Shown here piece by piece: positions 1-13,955 of a DNA stretch of 64,000 nt; the stretch's first letter is position 1, and each line of letters opens with the position of its first letter. The DNA is from Oikopleura dioica (taxonomy: Eukaryota; Animalia; Chordata). The DNA is taken from contig OU015567.1 in assembly GCA_907165135.1 (NCBI GenBank), positions 13,082,001 to 13,146,000 of the forward strand, written 5' to 3'. A program made the position numbers and the translations under genes. The notes beneath the pieces are model-generated. The model searched no databases. It had not been told where the DNA came from and saw nothing but the letters and a program-made list of their open reading frames with translations.

Positions 1-470
1 CTGAACTTTCAAACTGGATTGGAAGGCATTCTTTTTGAAGACGCCATAGGCACAGAAACAGATGTAGAAGTAGAAGACAAAGATTGGAAAACCTCGACAA
101 CGAGTCTGTCAGAAGTATTTGAAACGATTGCAACTCGCTTGACGTAGTCGCTGTCCATTTGATAATTATATATGTAGTAACTTATTATGTACACATCTTT
201 TGTTGTCAAATAAATATGTAAGATAGTCTAAAAGAGTGGCTGCGCGAAAATATGTGGGAAAGCATTTCCCGAAGGTTGAAGAGGCAATAAATGCTTACTT
301 CGTATGAACGCTAATTGATTAACCTTGGGAAAGTGGATTCTGAGAAAACCCAGAATTGGATAGTTCAATTAAATAATTTTACAACCATGTTTATTCATTA
401 TTCCCGAGGAAGCTAAAATGTCATTTTATTTATTTATTAGAAAAATAGAACTCTTTATTATAAAAATTTA

Positions 471-3400
471 CTAGAATGATTCTTCTTGAATAGAGTTTGA
501 TGGAGATAGTTTGTTCGCTTTTGTAGATTTGGTTTTCTGATTGTGCTCGCATTCCGGGTCCGAGTCATGGTTTGTCATTGAGCTCTTGAAAGGTTATTTT
601 CATGTGAAAATCAAAGCACAGACTTACCTCAGTTGACATCGAGTCTTCAGGAGCAGTGTCTTCAAGTGTATACGGACACTGAGATTGAGTATCGAACTGA
701 CACTCTTTCAATGGATTGTCTGTTTCTTGTGGCAGTTCAGTCAAATCTGAATAAGTTCTAATTCGAATGAACTGTTGATCTCTTTACCGTCAAAATTCCC
801 GTTCTGAATGCATTTCAGTCTGAATTTCGTTCGCAATCTTGACGCGTATACTTTAACAAATACAATCGCAAAAACCCATGAAACAAGGATCATCCCAGAT
901 AGGACCCAGATTGTCGTCCAAAGAGTTTGCAGATTTTGCTCTTGCGCGACCTATAAATGAACCAAGTGATGATCAACTCAATCGAACATGCTCGTTAAAC
1001 CTGAGATTGTTCAAGGACAAGTCCAAAAACTCGAATATTTTCTCGAAAGTCGATTGATGAAAGATCATTGAAGATCGCTTTGACTCCGACCTTTTCCTTC
1101 AAGACCATGTCTTCCATGTGAAATCTTATTGTCCCAGTGCTTGTCATCTCACCTGTAGCTGAAATACGTCTGGAGCTTTTATGAAAATAGATTTTTGCGC
1201 CTTGAATCTTTGCTTCGATAGCGTTTCGAAACGCGCTTTCGTTGAATGTAGCGATATTCAGGCATTGAACTTCGAAAATGTCTTCTTCAGCTGCTGGAAA
1301 GAAGGTGATGTTTTTTAACGAACATGGTCCCGCCGCCAGATTTTCGCACTTGATTGTCGTTATTATCGAATCGGTCGACCTTAGAGGATTCTGAAGCCGC
1401 ATGATTCCGTTTCGATCTGAAAAATGCTCAATACCCAGTGCTCTTATGATTTTATACCTATTGAGAATGGGCTCTGGGAAGAATTAACGATACTGAATAT
1501 CGGAACAGTGTTTTCATAAGTTGTGTCTTTATCGGAAATCTAAAATGCATAATTAACTTTGTAAAATATATAACCATACTTGGAAAGAGAATAAACTTGA
1601 ACCAACAGCTGGATCTTCTGAAAGACTAATCCCGCGTTCGAGGACTCCGGCATCAAGAAAGAGTGGAGCATTATCGTTTATGTCTTCAATTAAGATTTTC
1701 AAATGAGCTTGCTGGTCTTCTTTAAATTGATTTGTTTCAGATCTTCTGGTGCCGATCTTGATGTTTCCAACGGGTGATTTTTCAAAGTCAAACTGTTCCG
1801 ATATCTCTGCTGAGGTTTAAAATCATGATCGCACCGAATAAATAATACTTTATTTTTAGAAAAACTATAACCCTTTCCCAATGGCCAGGTAGAATTTACC
1901 TTTGCGAAGCAATTCGAAGAATTATCCTGTTCAATAATGCATAATAAGTTGTCCTCGTTTCCAACAGTATCAACATCAATGATCGAATCTGCAGGAATAT
2001 TGATGATAATTGGTGTCTCTTCCTTGATGGATATTTTCATCGAATTCAGAACTTTTTTGTTGAGGAATGGTTCATTGTCATCTACATCGATAATTGAAAT
2101 AATCACAGTGAGACTGACTGTTCGGGGTGGGACTCCTTCATCAAAAGCATCGAAAATAACCATGTACTCTCTTTTTTCTTCGTAATCTGGAGCACTATTA
2201 AATTTCAATACTCCATTTGAGAAATTGAAGTCGACATAGTCAGCGGACTCGCGAACATTTATTTGTGTCTTTCCATTTAGACCTGCATCATCGTCTGTAG
2301 ATGATAGATTTAACAGAGCATCATTTCGATTCTCTTCTATCGCTATATTCAGCATATTGGACTCGATCAAGTGTCCATCATTCAAGAATACCGGCGAGTT
2401 GAAATTGACTCCTTGAATACCGACTTCCACGGTAGCTTCACTTTTGAAAACGCCGTCACTGACTTCTATGACAGCAATAACTGTGCTGAACCCGCGACCA
2501 AGGAGGCTTACATCTTCTTTGACGATAATTGAGAAAACGCTTTCAGTAGCCATAATTGAGAACATATTCGTGCCATTTTTGAGTCTAACATTAAAAGCAT
2601 TCACGCTGTCAGAATCATCATCTACTATCGTCGGAATAAGAATCGTTTCCAGTGCCGAAATAGTTTCTAGAACTTCTATTCTATACAAGCTCTTACTGAA
2701 TGCCGGAGGATTGTCGTTTTCGTCGAAAATGTTGATCTCAACGTTCCTTTCGGCCATATTTGACTGCACTGAAGTCAGACCATCGATGACTCGTATCCTT
2801 AGCTCAATAGTAGAAGGATCAGTTTCATAGTCTATCTTTTTGCTGAGTACAAGATCTGCACAGAAAGGAGATTTCTCCTCAAGCTCAAACTGAGATAGAC
2901 TGGTTACAATCATGAAATTCAAGCTTTCGTCAGAAGCATCCAAATCTTCCGCACAATAAGTACTCAATACTGTGCCAACTTCAATAGCTTCAGAAATATT
3001 GATTTGTGTTTGACCTTCTGTCAATACGGGAACATCATCGTTAACATCATTGATATAAATTCGGAGTGTTTGAGTAGCGTTAAATAGACCATCAGAAGCA
3101 AATACGTTGATTTCATCAAAGTTAGAAATCTTTATAAGGTTTAAAAAAATTCTTTTATTTTTGATTCTTTACTTTATTAATTTATTGCCGTTCCTCAAAA
3201 TCATATGGTCGTCTTAGGAATATATTTCCACTATTCCTCTCCACATTGATCTTTTCATCTTTCGTATAATAATGAAGTCTATCGTGATCTTCGTCACTTG
3301 CCGCTACTGTAGCCAAGAACGTTCCAACAGGACTGTCTTCGTTGACAAAAATATCCATCGTTGGAATGAGAAATTCAGGCGCATTGTCATTTTCATTTTC

Positions 3401-5642
3401 GACGAAAATTATAAATTCAAGTATTGAAGAGTTGTCGTAATCAGCCGCTGTGTTGAGATCAACGACATTCAGTTGGCATTTTACAGCGTCTGTTTCTTCA
3501 TAATCGAAACCCTCTGTTAGCCACAAATCCAAAGAGTTATCATCGAGATGATTTCTTAAAACAATCGATTTTATATCTTTCTGAACAATATTTTCATTCT
3601 TCAAAGTGTTGCATTCAATTGACGGCTTCAGAATTGCGTCCAAATCATCATCCTCGATAGTGATTTCCCCAAGAGATAGATTCTTTGCATTTTCGGCAAC
3701 AAATTTAGCAATTCTTTCGTCTTTAAAGGAAGGTGGCGTGTCGTTGATATCCAAGATATGAATATTAACTTCTACATTTGTCGAACGCAATTCAACATCC
3801 GTCGCCCTTATTTGTATCTGTATTGACTCCATTTCTTCACGATCGAAGCTCCTGAAACATGCTATTTCCCCGTTGTTGCATTGACGGCGAAGTCTGATCT
3901 CCCAGCAAGTAAATCATAAGTAACGACCCCGAATTCTCCAAAATCTTCATCAGTTGCTCGAACCTACTCTTTTAACAACGTCAAGCTTCGGGTATTTATC
4001 CTACCTGTCCAATAAACAAAGGAGGGGATTCATTTTCATATACACTAAATGCATATGACGTGGTCTCAAACGTGGGAGAATTATCATTAAGATTATTAAT
4101 AACAACGGTAAAATTCTTAGCTTCCGCTAAACCAAGTGTTTGGCCATCAAATATCTTAGCCCCGGGGTTTCAAAGGAATTCAATTATTAACAATTTGTTT
4201 TATACAGTTTTAAACCTCGACTTGAGCTGGACATCACAAAACTGAATCTCTTCGAAATCCATTGGTTCTTTTGTTCGGAGGGAAATAGAGTTGCGGTGGT
4301 ATCCTTCTCGGGGAATCACGTCGATTTTGCACCTCGGATCATCAACAGTGATAGATGCCTTCCAATGAGTGTTTGAATATTGATCGTCATCTTGAATCAC
4401 AATTCTGCTTCCGGTTATTTCAGTCCCCGGAAGAGAATTCTCGTCGACGGAAAAGATGAAGTCTTCGTCAAAATCGACGATATACGGCTCGTTGTCATTG
4501 ACGTCTAGTAACGTAACAACTACTTTCGCAACAGAGCTGAGGGCTCGTTCATTTTTGAAGAAGCCTGTTGGTTGTTCTAAGGCTTCAATTTCAAATTCCA
4601 GTTTTTCGTTCGCCTCTCTATCAAACGCGATCGAGTCTTTTATAAAAATCTTTCCAGATGTTCTATCCACTGAAATTCTATTGTCAAAAGTGCTGTAGAT
4701 AATTGGCCAATTTATTTCTTCATCTCCATCAAATGCTGTGACTTCGCCAATAAGCGTGTTTTCTTGCGAGTTTTCCAACACTTGAAAAAAGTTCCGATCC
4801 CGTTGATACACTGGAGGCGTATCTGGAAAGTCCTTTACATACAGATACACTAGAATTGAGAATTAATATTTCGAATAATTAATCATCCTTTCACCTGGAA
4901 TTCGAGAGCTTCTCTGGCGTCGGTCAAAGCGCACTCCAAAGTCAATGACTTTCGCTATTATCCGAAATGGCCCTCTATCTGTTTCAAAGTCAAATTGCTC
5001 CGCATTCTTGAGCTGCAAAATCCCATTCCCAGCCAGTTCTATCCAAGGATTCTCTTCAACTAAGAATTCTAGCGAGCTCGAGCATTCGTTCGGCAGGCGG
5101 CAATCGAGATCATCAGCCATTAATTGAGCCACAACGCTTCCATTTCTAATCAAGCCAGAGGAAAACTCAGGAATTCCGCGAATACAATTTTCTTCGGATG
5201 GTCCGTAGCATTCTTGATTCCCGGCTAGATTGAAGAAAATGTCAAGTCTGTCGATTCGTGTGTTGAACCGATCGACGAAGTAGGGGTCGTGATCGTTGAG
5301 ATTTGTGACGATTGTTTCGATGATGCCTTCTATTGTTTCTGTCCCCTCTTGATTAGCAATGAGCACGGGGAATGAAAAGCTGGTCGATCCCTGAGCAAGT
5401 TGGAGCTCTTCAAAGTCTATCGCCTTGAATAGCGTTAAATTCATCCCGTTCCCAGAAAAGAACTCTCTTCCCTGTCCTCTCACATCTAAAATCTCAGCAG
5501 CATCTTCTGAAAACGAGTCCTTTATCGATATTTCCAGCGGTTCAAAATTCCCATCCTCTGCTTCGTAAACAATGATACTCTTTTGCTTTATTTGCGAAAG
5601 TGCCAGGCAATACGAAAAAAGTAGCAAAAATTTGGATCTCAT
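471..5642 (-). CDS. Multi-exon cadherin-repeat type I membrane protein
   Basis: Signal peptide MRSKFLLLFSYCLALS. Many cadherin Ca-binding motifs (DFEE, DRE, DYE, DxNDNxP, DxD) in ORFs 4863-5642, 4200-4850, 3182-3832, 1699-3024. TM segment IWVLSGMILVSWVFAIVFV at ~850-920. Short tail ending in TAG at 471-473. Confidence 0.9.
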
Positions 5643-6218
5643 CAGTTCATGTATTCTTTCCTGAAAAAAGTCTATTTTGAAGTCAGTTCTACTGACTAAC
5701 TAAGTGGTTGTCTTGTACAAACAATCAACGCTCTGCTCACAATGCAACCTATTTGCTGCTTACATAACTTACAGAAAAAAGAGAGCAACAAGAATAGATG
5801 GCAGGTTTGGCACTCAATCAAGTTTAGACGAAAACTTCATACTCACAAAGAAATCAAGGGGGATCAAGGAAGCGGAAATGGTTTATTTTTTCTAGTTCGT
5901 ATGAATACTTTTATTGTTTTCCATGAAAAAACCTTAGTTTTATCCCTTCAGGGATCTACTTATTGATTCACATATTTTCTAATAAGAAGGAAAAATTAAT
6001 TAGAAAGTAATAAGAGAAAGCTGCGTGGACTGAATATTCAAAGAGGGGTAGAAGCATCGTTTCCTCAAGGAGCAAATCGTACAATTACTTAGAAATGCAA
6101 AGACTAAGAGAAACGAGGCACTTCGAAGCAAAATGTGAACTTAACACTGACCACATAGGAAAGAAGTCAAATGCAAAATAACCAAGCTTTTTTTATTCAA
6201 AACTTCTGAAAAGAAATT

Positions 6219-8166
6219 GTGACGGGGGACATTTTCGAAGTTGAAATGCCGCTGGATAACCAAAGAAACAACAGAATCTTTGTCAAAATTGGAGAGAAGA
6301 AAACTTTGATAACGACTACTCAGTGGAGATGCTGTTTGTGTCTTTCTGACACAACCTGGTTCTTCCCCAACGTTTCTAGGCCAGAGGCTGGAAAACTTCT
6401 ATGAACGGATTTTCAATAAATATGTAGATCGTAGATTTAAGATCGCAAATGTTAAGATCCACGTTCAGTAACGTCAGATGTTCACGGCGCTTTTCTGATA
6501 AGAAAATCTGATGTCAACACGAGCCAAGAAAATCACAAGTATACTTTGAGTGCGAGAGCGCCAAGTGGAGGAATCAAACACTACAGAATCTTCAGAGAAA
6601 ATAGACAGTACTACATTGCCTCGCATCGTCGATTTAATCTTCTAAGAAATGATGTCAATTGAACTCAAAATACAATACCGAACAAATCTAATTTGATAGA
6701 TTATATGATATATCATATATATATATATATATATATATTTTATGTAAGCACGTAATGACCTTAAACACAGTTCACATTGAAGATAATTAAGAAGTTGATT
6801 ATTTTTGCGGAAATAAGTTTTTCTTCCAAACAGCCAACGATAATTTCATATCATTTAAAAGCGCACTTGCAGAATACTACTGGAAAGATTCGGGAAAGAT
6901 GGAGCTTCAACTTATTGAGCCAGTCATAAGCGGGAGAAGCCCGTTTGTGTTTGACAAAAGGGATCTTCTTCTTGGCGACAAAATCGGCGCCGGATATTTT
7001 GGCGAAGTTATGTCGGGAAAATTGAATGGTGATACTCCAGTTGCACTCAAGTTGCTCAAAGAAGGGAGAGGTTCCAGGTAGTTAAGTTCCTTTTTTATGT
7101 TATAAATACCTCTCAGATTCGAGTTCGAAAAAGAGGCTCAATTGTTGGCGAATCTGAGGCATTCGAATATTCTAACTCTTCTTGGAATATCAGGAGATCC
7201 AATTGAATTGATGGCCATGGAAATGAGACGGGTTGAGAAATTCTCCTTTTGTGAGGATCAACGCAGAAGTTCTTGACCCAAAATAAGATGAGCGGTGGTT
7301 CCTTGCTCAACAACCTCAGAGAGAAACCGGACCGAGTGACCCTGCGCGACCAGATTCATTGGTGTTTTGATATCATCTCTGGCTTGAACTTTTTAACGAC
7401 GCATGGGGTTATTCATCGCGACATAGCTGCAAGAAATATACTGCTCAATCACAAACACATTGCCAAGATCGGAGATTTCGGAATGGCTAAAGTTCTTGAA
7501 GAGGAAGAGGAATACTACAGGTCCTGCTTTTTTGAATAATAGATTTCTAAATTTGTTTTAGAATGACATCTTCAGCAAAACTTCCTGTCCGATGGATAGC
7601 GCCAGAGGCATCTAAAAGATGGATATTTTCACCTGCTTCTGATATTTGGGCTTATGGAGTCACCATTTGGGAGATTTGCGCACTCGGAGAGCGGCCTTAC
7701 AAGTGAGATTCTTTTCAAAACCTGATGTTACTCAATTCTAGGGACATTCAAAACGGAGAAGTCCAAAAACAAATTCGCAAAGGTCGTCGGCTAAAACCAT
7801 CAAACTTCAACTGCAATACAAACCATCCAGATGTCAAGCCATTTTACAAAGGAATTTACGGTATAAATTATTCAACATCTTAGTTTTTAGTGAAAGCATA
7901 CCATTTATCATCTAAACAGTGCCTAATGGTAAAATGTGCTTGATCGTCACTTATCACTTCATGTAGCGTCCAGCTTTACTAAAAATATCATTTTAGCGAT
8001 AATGGAGAAATGCTGGCTTGAAGAACGTGAAAAACGAATAAAATCTTCCGAGGCTTTGAAAAAGTCGAAAAGCTCTTCCACCTCTACCTCTAAAATCTAT
8101 TCCGGTCTAATTTCCTGCGCTTTTTCTTGGGAACGTTTTTTGCCAAATAAACTTTTTCATTTTTAA
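6219..8166 (+). CDS. Non-receptor tyrosine kinase with SH2 domain (possibly a degenerate SH3 upstream); 5' end uncertain
   Basis: SH2: WFFPNVSRPEAGKLL...GAFLIRKS...YTLS...KHYRI (6357-6650). Kinase: GAGYFG, VALK, HRDIAARN, DFG, LPVRWIAPE, SDIWAYGV, CW, split by short introns. Confidence 0.88.
6403..6468 (+). other. Putative non-canonical GA-AG intron in the SH2 domain
   Basis: Removing GAACGG...TTCAG (66 nt) eliminates in-frame stops and joins KLL to LTSDVHGAFLIRKS. Confidence 0.6.
6702..6738. repeat. (AT)n microsatellite in a kinase intron
   Basis: tatatgatatatcatatatatatatatatatatatat. Confidence 0.9.
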
Positions 8167-8207
8167 TAATAATGATAGCCGCCATCGGAAAATTCTTATT
8201 ATGCGTT

Positions 8208-9440
8208 TTAGTCAGTTTTAATCTTTTGGTGTTTTATTGGGAGATATTTTTGTTTTGTAGCACATGTTTTTTGTTCACTTTGTTGTTTGTATTCGCTTGT
8301 AGCAGTCTGTAGCATACGAAGAAGGCCATTGTTAGTTGCTGTCAATTTTAGTGATCAACGAGTTGATCAAGCATGCGAATTTCGGGAGCAAACAGCTTTG
8401 GTTCGTCAGTTATATCAGTGTTCAGCTCACGGAGAAGCTCAACTGCAGTTTCACTAGAATATTATCTTGAATATTTGCTTAGAAAAAGGTTTCTACCGGA
8501 GACTGTCAAGAGTACCGCAGACAATTCTCGAGTCTGGAAATATTTTCGTCATCGCCTTGATTAACGACTGGTCGATAAGCTCATCCGTCGCCCAGTTGAC
8601 GACAAACACAAGATCTAATATCCTTTGTCATTTTTTGATTAGAGAAAATATCTACCTATGGAACTGAGCTGCCCTGGCTTTGTGGCGTAGTTCAACGCGT
8701 CTAGATAAATTTTACCACAGTTGGACGATTTGTCGAAGATTTCGAAGTTGGGGCTAACAAAGCAGTTTGCTTCGATATCGACTCCAATGTCGCCATCTTG
8801 AAAGAAAACCCTTAGAGTTGCAAATCAGAGAAAAAAATTACCAGTAAGAAGGATGAGTGCCTTCAGATCATTCAGATTGAATCGATTCTCTTTGTCGTCT
8901 TCTAATTGATGCGCAAGGGAGACAATCGCGGAGTAAGTATCATATCCGGGTCGTCCCAAATAAGAAATTCTTGAAAATATTTAGAGCACTATTTTATAGC
9001 AAAAAACTTCAAACCTTGAGTGAATGTCACGAGTTCCAGAAGCATGTCGAATGTTGACTTTATGATTTGGGTCCGAAGAAGTTATGAAGTGGATCTCAGT
9101 TCCAATTTTGGTCGCATCGATCACGTGAGTTAGCCATGTCTTCGCAGCCTTCCATCTGCGAGAATTTTTTAGGGAAAGAAAAATAAATTCTTTTTTACCT
9201 TCTATGGTGTGTGATTTTGTCTCTCGGTCCATCTGTGAGTACAAAAAGCTCGAACCCCTCGACAAGGCTATAAAACGCGACGGCGAAAAATACAAGTTTG
9301 TTCAAAAGCGAATTCATGACGAGCTCGACGTTGGGCAAAATTTTTTTATGGAAGGACGAAGCAGCATCGGCAGGCTTTATGAAGTTGCCACCACCTTGTG
9401 GAGGTTATAAAGGTGCACAAACAAGCAGGAGGGCCATTTC
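8208..9440 (-). CDS. Uncharacterised multi-exon protein; boundaries approximate
   Basis: Coding-like segments separated by short GT-AG introns (e.g. KNSRRWKAAKTWLTHVIDATK; ISYLGRPGYDTYSAIV). No family recognised. Confidence 0.4.
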
Positions 9441-10043
9441 CACTGCCATTGAAAAAACTACTTAACCCGCTGAGACCCCTTTAGAAGAGGTGCGATCAGC
9501 AGACGACGAGTGGAAAAATTGTAAATAAACAGACTCTTGAGGATAAACTAGGACAATGGACTCTGCATTCCGAGACGGATGAATAATGCTTCGCTAAAAT
9601 CATAAATAGAGTCATGGAATTTCTAGTCTGAGTTGACTCTTAGTTTTTGTTCAAGAATTTTGGCCCTAAAAAGGGCCAGAAGATTAGTAGGTGATGACGG
9701 TAGTCATCGGTGGGTGAGCAAGAGTTCCTTTTCAGGGAACATTAGATGCTCAAAGTCGATTTGCTTTGATCCTTTTTGTGTTCTAGGGATCTCTCATCGA
9801 CAGAGTCAAGAGCTTGACTGAGTGAAGACTCGGATGCGGCGGCCCTTTTTATACTTTTTCAGAGCTGCGTTCTAGAGACGATTCTGCAGTTTTGAAAATT
9901 TTGCAAATTGCGGTTATCTGAAATTGACATAAAGATAAACAAGCTCTAGAAAATGCTCTAGAATATACGCCAACAAATTAAACAATAAATAATTTATTCG
10001 TGAAGTTATCAATCGTCACATTTGATCAATAAATAAATAACTT

Positions 10044-11677
10044 TCACCGAGATTTTTGCTCGTTAATCGACGATTCCAGGCTCTCGTACTGGCTGTCGCG
10101 GCTCGATGTCGGAGACAAGGAATTTTTCTCAATTCGTTTCCGCTCGTTAGAGTCAGAGTTGTTGTGCTGGTCCGACACGTAGTCCCCACCAGAGAAGTAA
10201 CGGTAGTCCGCGGATGATGCTCTGTCGCTCGAAACCCGTTGTTTAGACTTCTTTGGCTTCCGCTGCTTTTTTTCCTCCACAAAGGCGATCGTCCACCGAT
10301 CAACAAACTAAATTCCAGATCCTTATTTTATCTAAACACAACAGGTTGAACGCAAAACAAATACCTGCAACTCTCTTGTAGCAATAACGACGTTAGCTAT
10401 GATTCCCTCGTCCACGAAAAACGGCGTCAGGTTGAAAATACCGTATGATACCGTCAGTACGTTAACACATCCATTCGCACTCTCCTCAATCGCTTTACCG
10501 ATTCTCTCCGCTAAATTTTTTTGTTCATGTTTCTTTGTGTCTAATACTTTGACCTCTACGCTGAGCTCACGAATTAACGGGTATAATTTATACCGTATAA
10601 AATATTATTGCCAAATTACAAGTGTCAATTTCGCGTTTCATTAGAACTAGAGGGTTCTCTTGGTTGAATCTCGCGTGTCTATTTTTCTAGCACTGGAACT
10701 GGTTATTGATCATAACGAAATTATAAATCAAGCAAATTATAAGATTAGCCCTGTAATGATAATTTGATAGAGGTAATCCCATTTTATGATTCTAGTGAAA
10801 GTTCATATTAACAAGTAAGTATAACATTGCAATTACATTTGTATAACATAAAAAATCAACATTTATACATAGAGGGTTTATTCAAAATTTCAAATCGTGA
10901 AGTGTTTCTTTACCTATTTCTGTGTAAAGCTGAAACCGATACTCCTCCAATTTACTGTCCTCCTGCGAGTAAATAAGGAAGCGCACGAGACAGCCGGCTC
11001 GATTCACAATTTCTCTTCCCTTGGTTGTGCGGATGAAGCCCCGCTTGATCCGATCGTCCCACCACCAAGTGCGTATTCTCTCGAAATAAACTGGCCTCAC
11101 GTTCAGCAGAAATCCTCGCCGAATGTAGCTAAAGTCGATCGTCGTATCGAATCGCTTTGGGACTTCCTCTCTCTTTCTCAGGTTTCATTTTTTAAGTTTA
11201 TTTTAAAGAATTTTAATATAAAAAAGTGATTATTAATGATCAATTAGATGAAAATAAATTTGGAACCTTAGCCGACACACAGTGCACTCATTGGTCATCA
11301 CGAACCTCTCCATCCTTTTGTTGATGCAGCGGAAGGATGGATTGATGATTCCCACCTTACTGATCCTCTTGTCGAATGGCTTGGCAAGGCCAAAGACAAC
11401 CGTGCGTATCTTTTCAGGCGACATGTTCAACTGCCGACAGACTCCGCTTCGCTTCTTGTTGAAGTACTCCTTTAATACTTCCGTCGCTCTTAATACTATT
11501 GATGCCTTGAAGAGTTATTTCAACGAACCTTCTCAAAGGAACCACCCCTTCCGTCTCAATCAGCCGATCCAGGACACACTGCACCAGATCTATCTGCAAA
11601 TCGTATCTCGCAGGATTTCTAATCGAGTACTTGAATATCGCCAAATCAGGCAACAACCGCTCCAACTTCTCGTTCAT
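10044..11677 (-). CDS. Uncharacterised multi-exon protein with a Lys/Ser-rich C-terminus
   Basis: Frame-compatible exon chain: MNEKLERLLPD..., ASIVLRATEVLKEYFNKK..., DFSYIRRGFLLNVRPVYFERIRTWWWD..., ELSVEVKVLD..., EEKKQRKPKK... Confidence 0.5.
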
Positions 11678-12172
11678 AGCAAAAAACTCGCTGTTTCTCT
11701 TTCTTTCTTTGACGCAATTCTCAAAATAAAAACGGAGTTAGTCGGGTCAATAACGCAAAATCAGCGGAGGTCAAATCGAAAACAAAACAGAAACGGGTCA
11801 AATCCAGATTTTGAGTTGTCCAGACCGTTGGGCGGCAGCTTCCTTGATTTGCTATCGACTGTGGCTATCTTATGAAATTTTAAAAATCTGGAAAACGAGC
11901 CCGAGAATCAAGAAAATTTGATTACAAAATCGAATTAGAAAATGGGTTTTCTAAATAAGATCAGTGAAATCATTCCCTGGGGAAAGGGGGAATTAGAGAT
12001 TATACTTTGTCAAAATGTTAGAAATCTAAACATATCTGCTGAAATCGGTCAAGTCTTGGGTAAATTTGATCCAACGGCTATGTTCTTAGCAATAACAAAG
12101 AAAGGGGGCGCCTCATTTGTAGCGCGACTGCCACAGAATTATAATCATTTCTGAAATCATTCGTAACAAATA

Positions 12173-13513
12173 ATGTTCATAAAAATGATCGGAAAACTAT
12201 TTTTAATTCTATGTGCATTGCTTTTCATTACCTTTTTAAACCTTTCTGAAGAGAGAATCGCAGCAATTCAAAAACGAGACGTCAGTGGAGAATATTACGA
12301 CTGCGCTGCTGATGTTAAACTCGGCGATCCGGGACAATTCAACTGGATTCTACTTCTTTCTGTCCAGGGCTCAGGAAACACTTGGACCAGACAACTACTG
12401 CAGTCGATGACGGGCTACTATGCGGGAGGAGTTTATCGCGAGATCGACGAAGAGTTTGATACAGATGAGCTATTTGAAAAATCTCCTTTTCCTGGCGAAC
12501 ATTTCGCACCAGAATCCGGAAGAGTTCTTGGTAAGTTTTAATAAGAATTTTGGACGAAAGAGCTTAATAAAAGGTTGAAAAATACGATTATAAAAATCTA
12601 GATGAACATTGCGGAGGAAAAACTAGCAAATGAAGTCTTAAACTAAAGAGTCTTAGAGGTAAAATTAAAGGTTTATAGTATAAAGTTTATGCTTTAAAAA
12701 ATAGACCCAATTTCAATTGATTAGTTCCAAGACCGACCCCTTTGAACGTGATGTTTTTCCTTCAAATAAAGCCATCGTTACAATTGTAAATGTTTACAAA
12801 ACTCCGCCGTTAAATTAATACATTCTGCTGAACTACCGATAAAATTGTTCACAATATTATCTCATAATCAAATTAGATATCTTCGCCAAAATTTATTTTT
12901 AGGCGTGAAATCTCATGCTCGCGGTCACATCCGAAAAGGATCGGCGATAGTTCTCATCATGAGGAATCCTTATGATACTCTAAAGGCGAATTTTAATCGG
13001 ATAGTTTCCGAGAAAGAGTCAGGTGATGGTCATGGTGCTCACACGGGCACAATATCTGCGGAACTTTTCCTCTCTTCTTCGTGGCGAAATTACATCAAGA
13101 ATCATGGACAAGTTTGGAGCGAATACTATCAAGAAGCTGTTCGACTTTCGGAGAAAAACGGAGAAAACTTTCACTTTTTATGGTACGACCTGCTCAAGAC
13201 CGACAAGATTGGCCAGATGCGGAAGCTGTATTCGTTCTTGCAAGAAGAAGCCAGTGACAATTTTGAAGTCGAAAACTTCGAAGAGCGGCTGGAATGCATC
13301 GAGAATCAAAATTTAGACCGATATAAGCGAAAAAAGCAAGAAATCGACTTTGATCTATTTTTACCAGGTTAGTCTCGTTTCAGAAAAGCAGTGAAGATTA
13401 CTTTTTTAGACGAGATTATGATGATAAACAAATTCATCGAAGAGTACAAAGAATTTTTCAAGAAGAATAACATTGATTTCCCCGAAGAAACAATTGACTC
13501 TTGGTTAAAATAA
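12173..13513 (+). CDS. Golgi type II sulfotransferase, WSCD1/2-like catalytic domain
   Basis: N-terminal anchor. 5'-PSB LLSVQGSGNTWTRQL, GVKSH, 3'-PB LIMRNPYDTLKANFNR. Three exons ending ..SWLK*. Confidence 0.85.
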
Positions 13514-13955
13514 TTCGATTGTGCTCTGTTTGTTTGCTTTGATATTTACTGTGCTTAACGTTAGATGTTTAACGGAATGTAAATAAATTCTTTACCTCTT
13601 TTACACTGTTTGTGTTTTTCATTTCAACAGAAAACAAGTTTTTGAAAGCGAACAAGGTAGCTTTGTATTTATCCAAAAAATACGGTAATTTTGCTTTTCA
13701 AGAAAAGGCTCTTGAGTAGAGAATCTTGTTCAAGAGCTCAGGCAATAAATTTAAAAGCCTATTGGTGACCGACGAGATCAATGGACACAATATCCATTTT
13801 TACCTATCCTCGGTAGTATAACGCAGCAAACCCCCAGACCGGATAATTGAGCGCTGCAAATAAAAACTTTTACGCAAGCGGGTAATAATTTATGCACTCA
13901 TAAAGCAAAATTTGACCTGTCACATCTGCAAAGTGCATATTTTCGCATTTTCAAA

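Noticed and set aside
9-209. 66-aa ORF at the window edge
   Set aside because: It may be the 3' exon of another gene but has no motif or supportable start.
471-8166. Cadherin repeats next to a tyrosine kinase as a RET-like receptor
   Set aside because: They are on opposite strands, the cadherin has its own TM and stop, and the kinase has an SH2 domain.
11282-11875. 197-aa plus-strand ORF
   Set aside because: It overlaps a better-supported spliced minus-strand gene and has no recognisable motifs.
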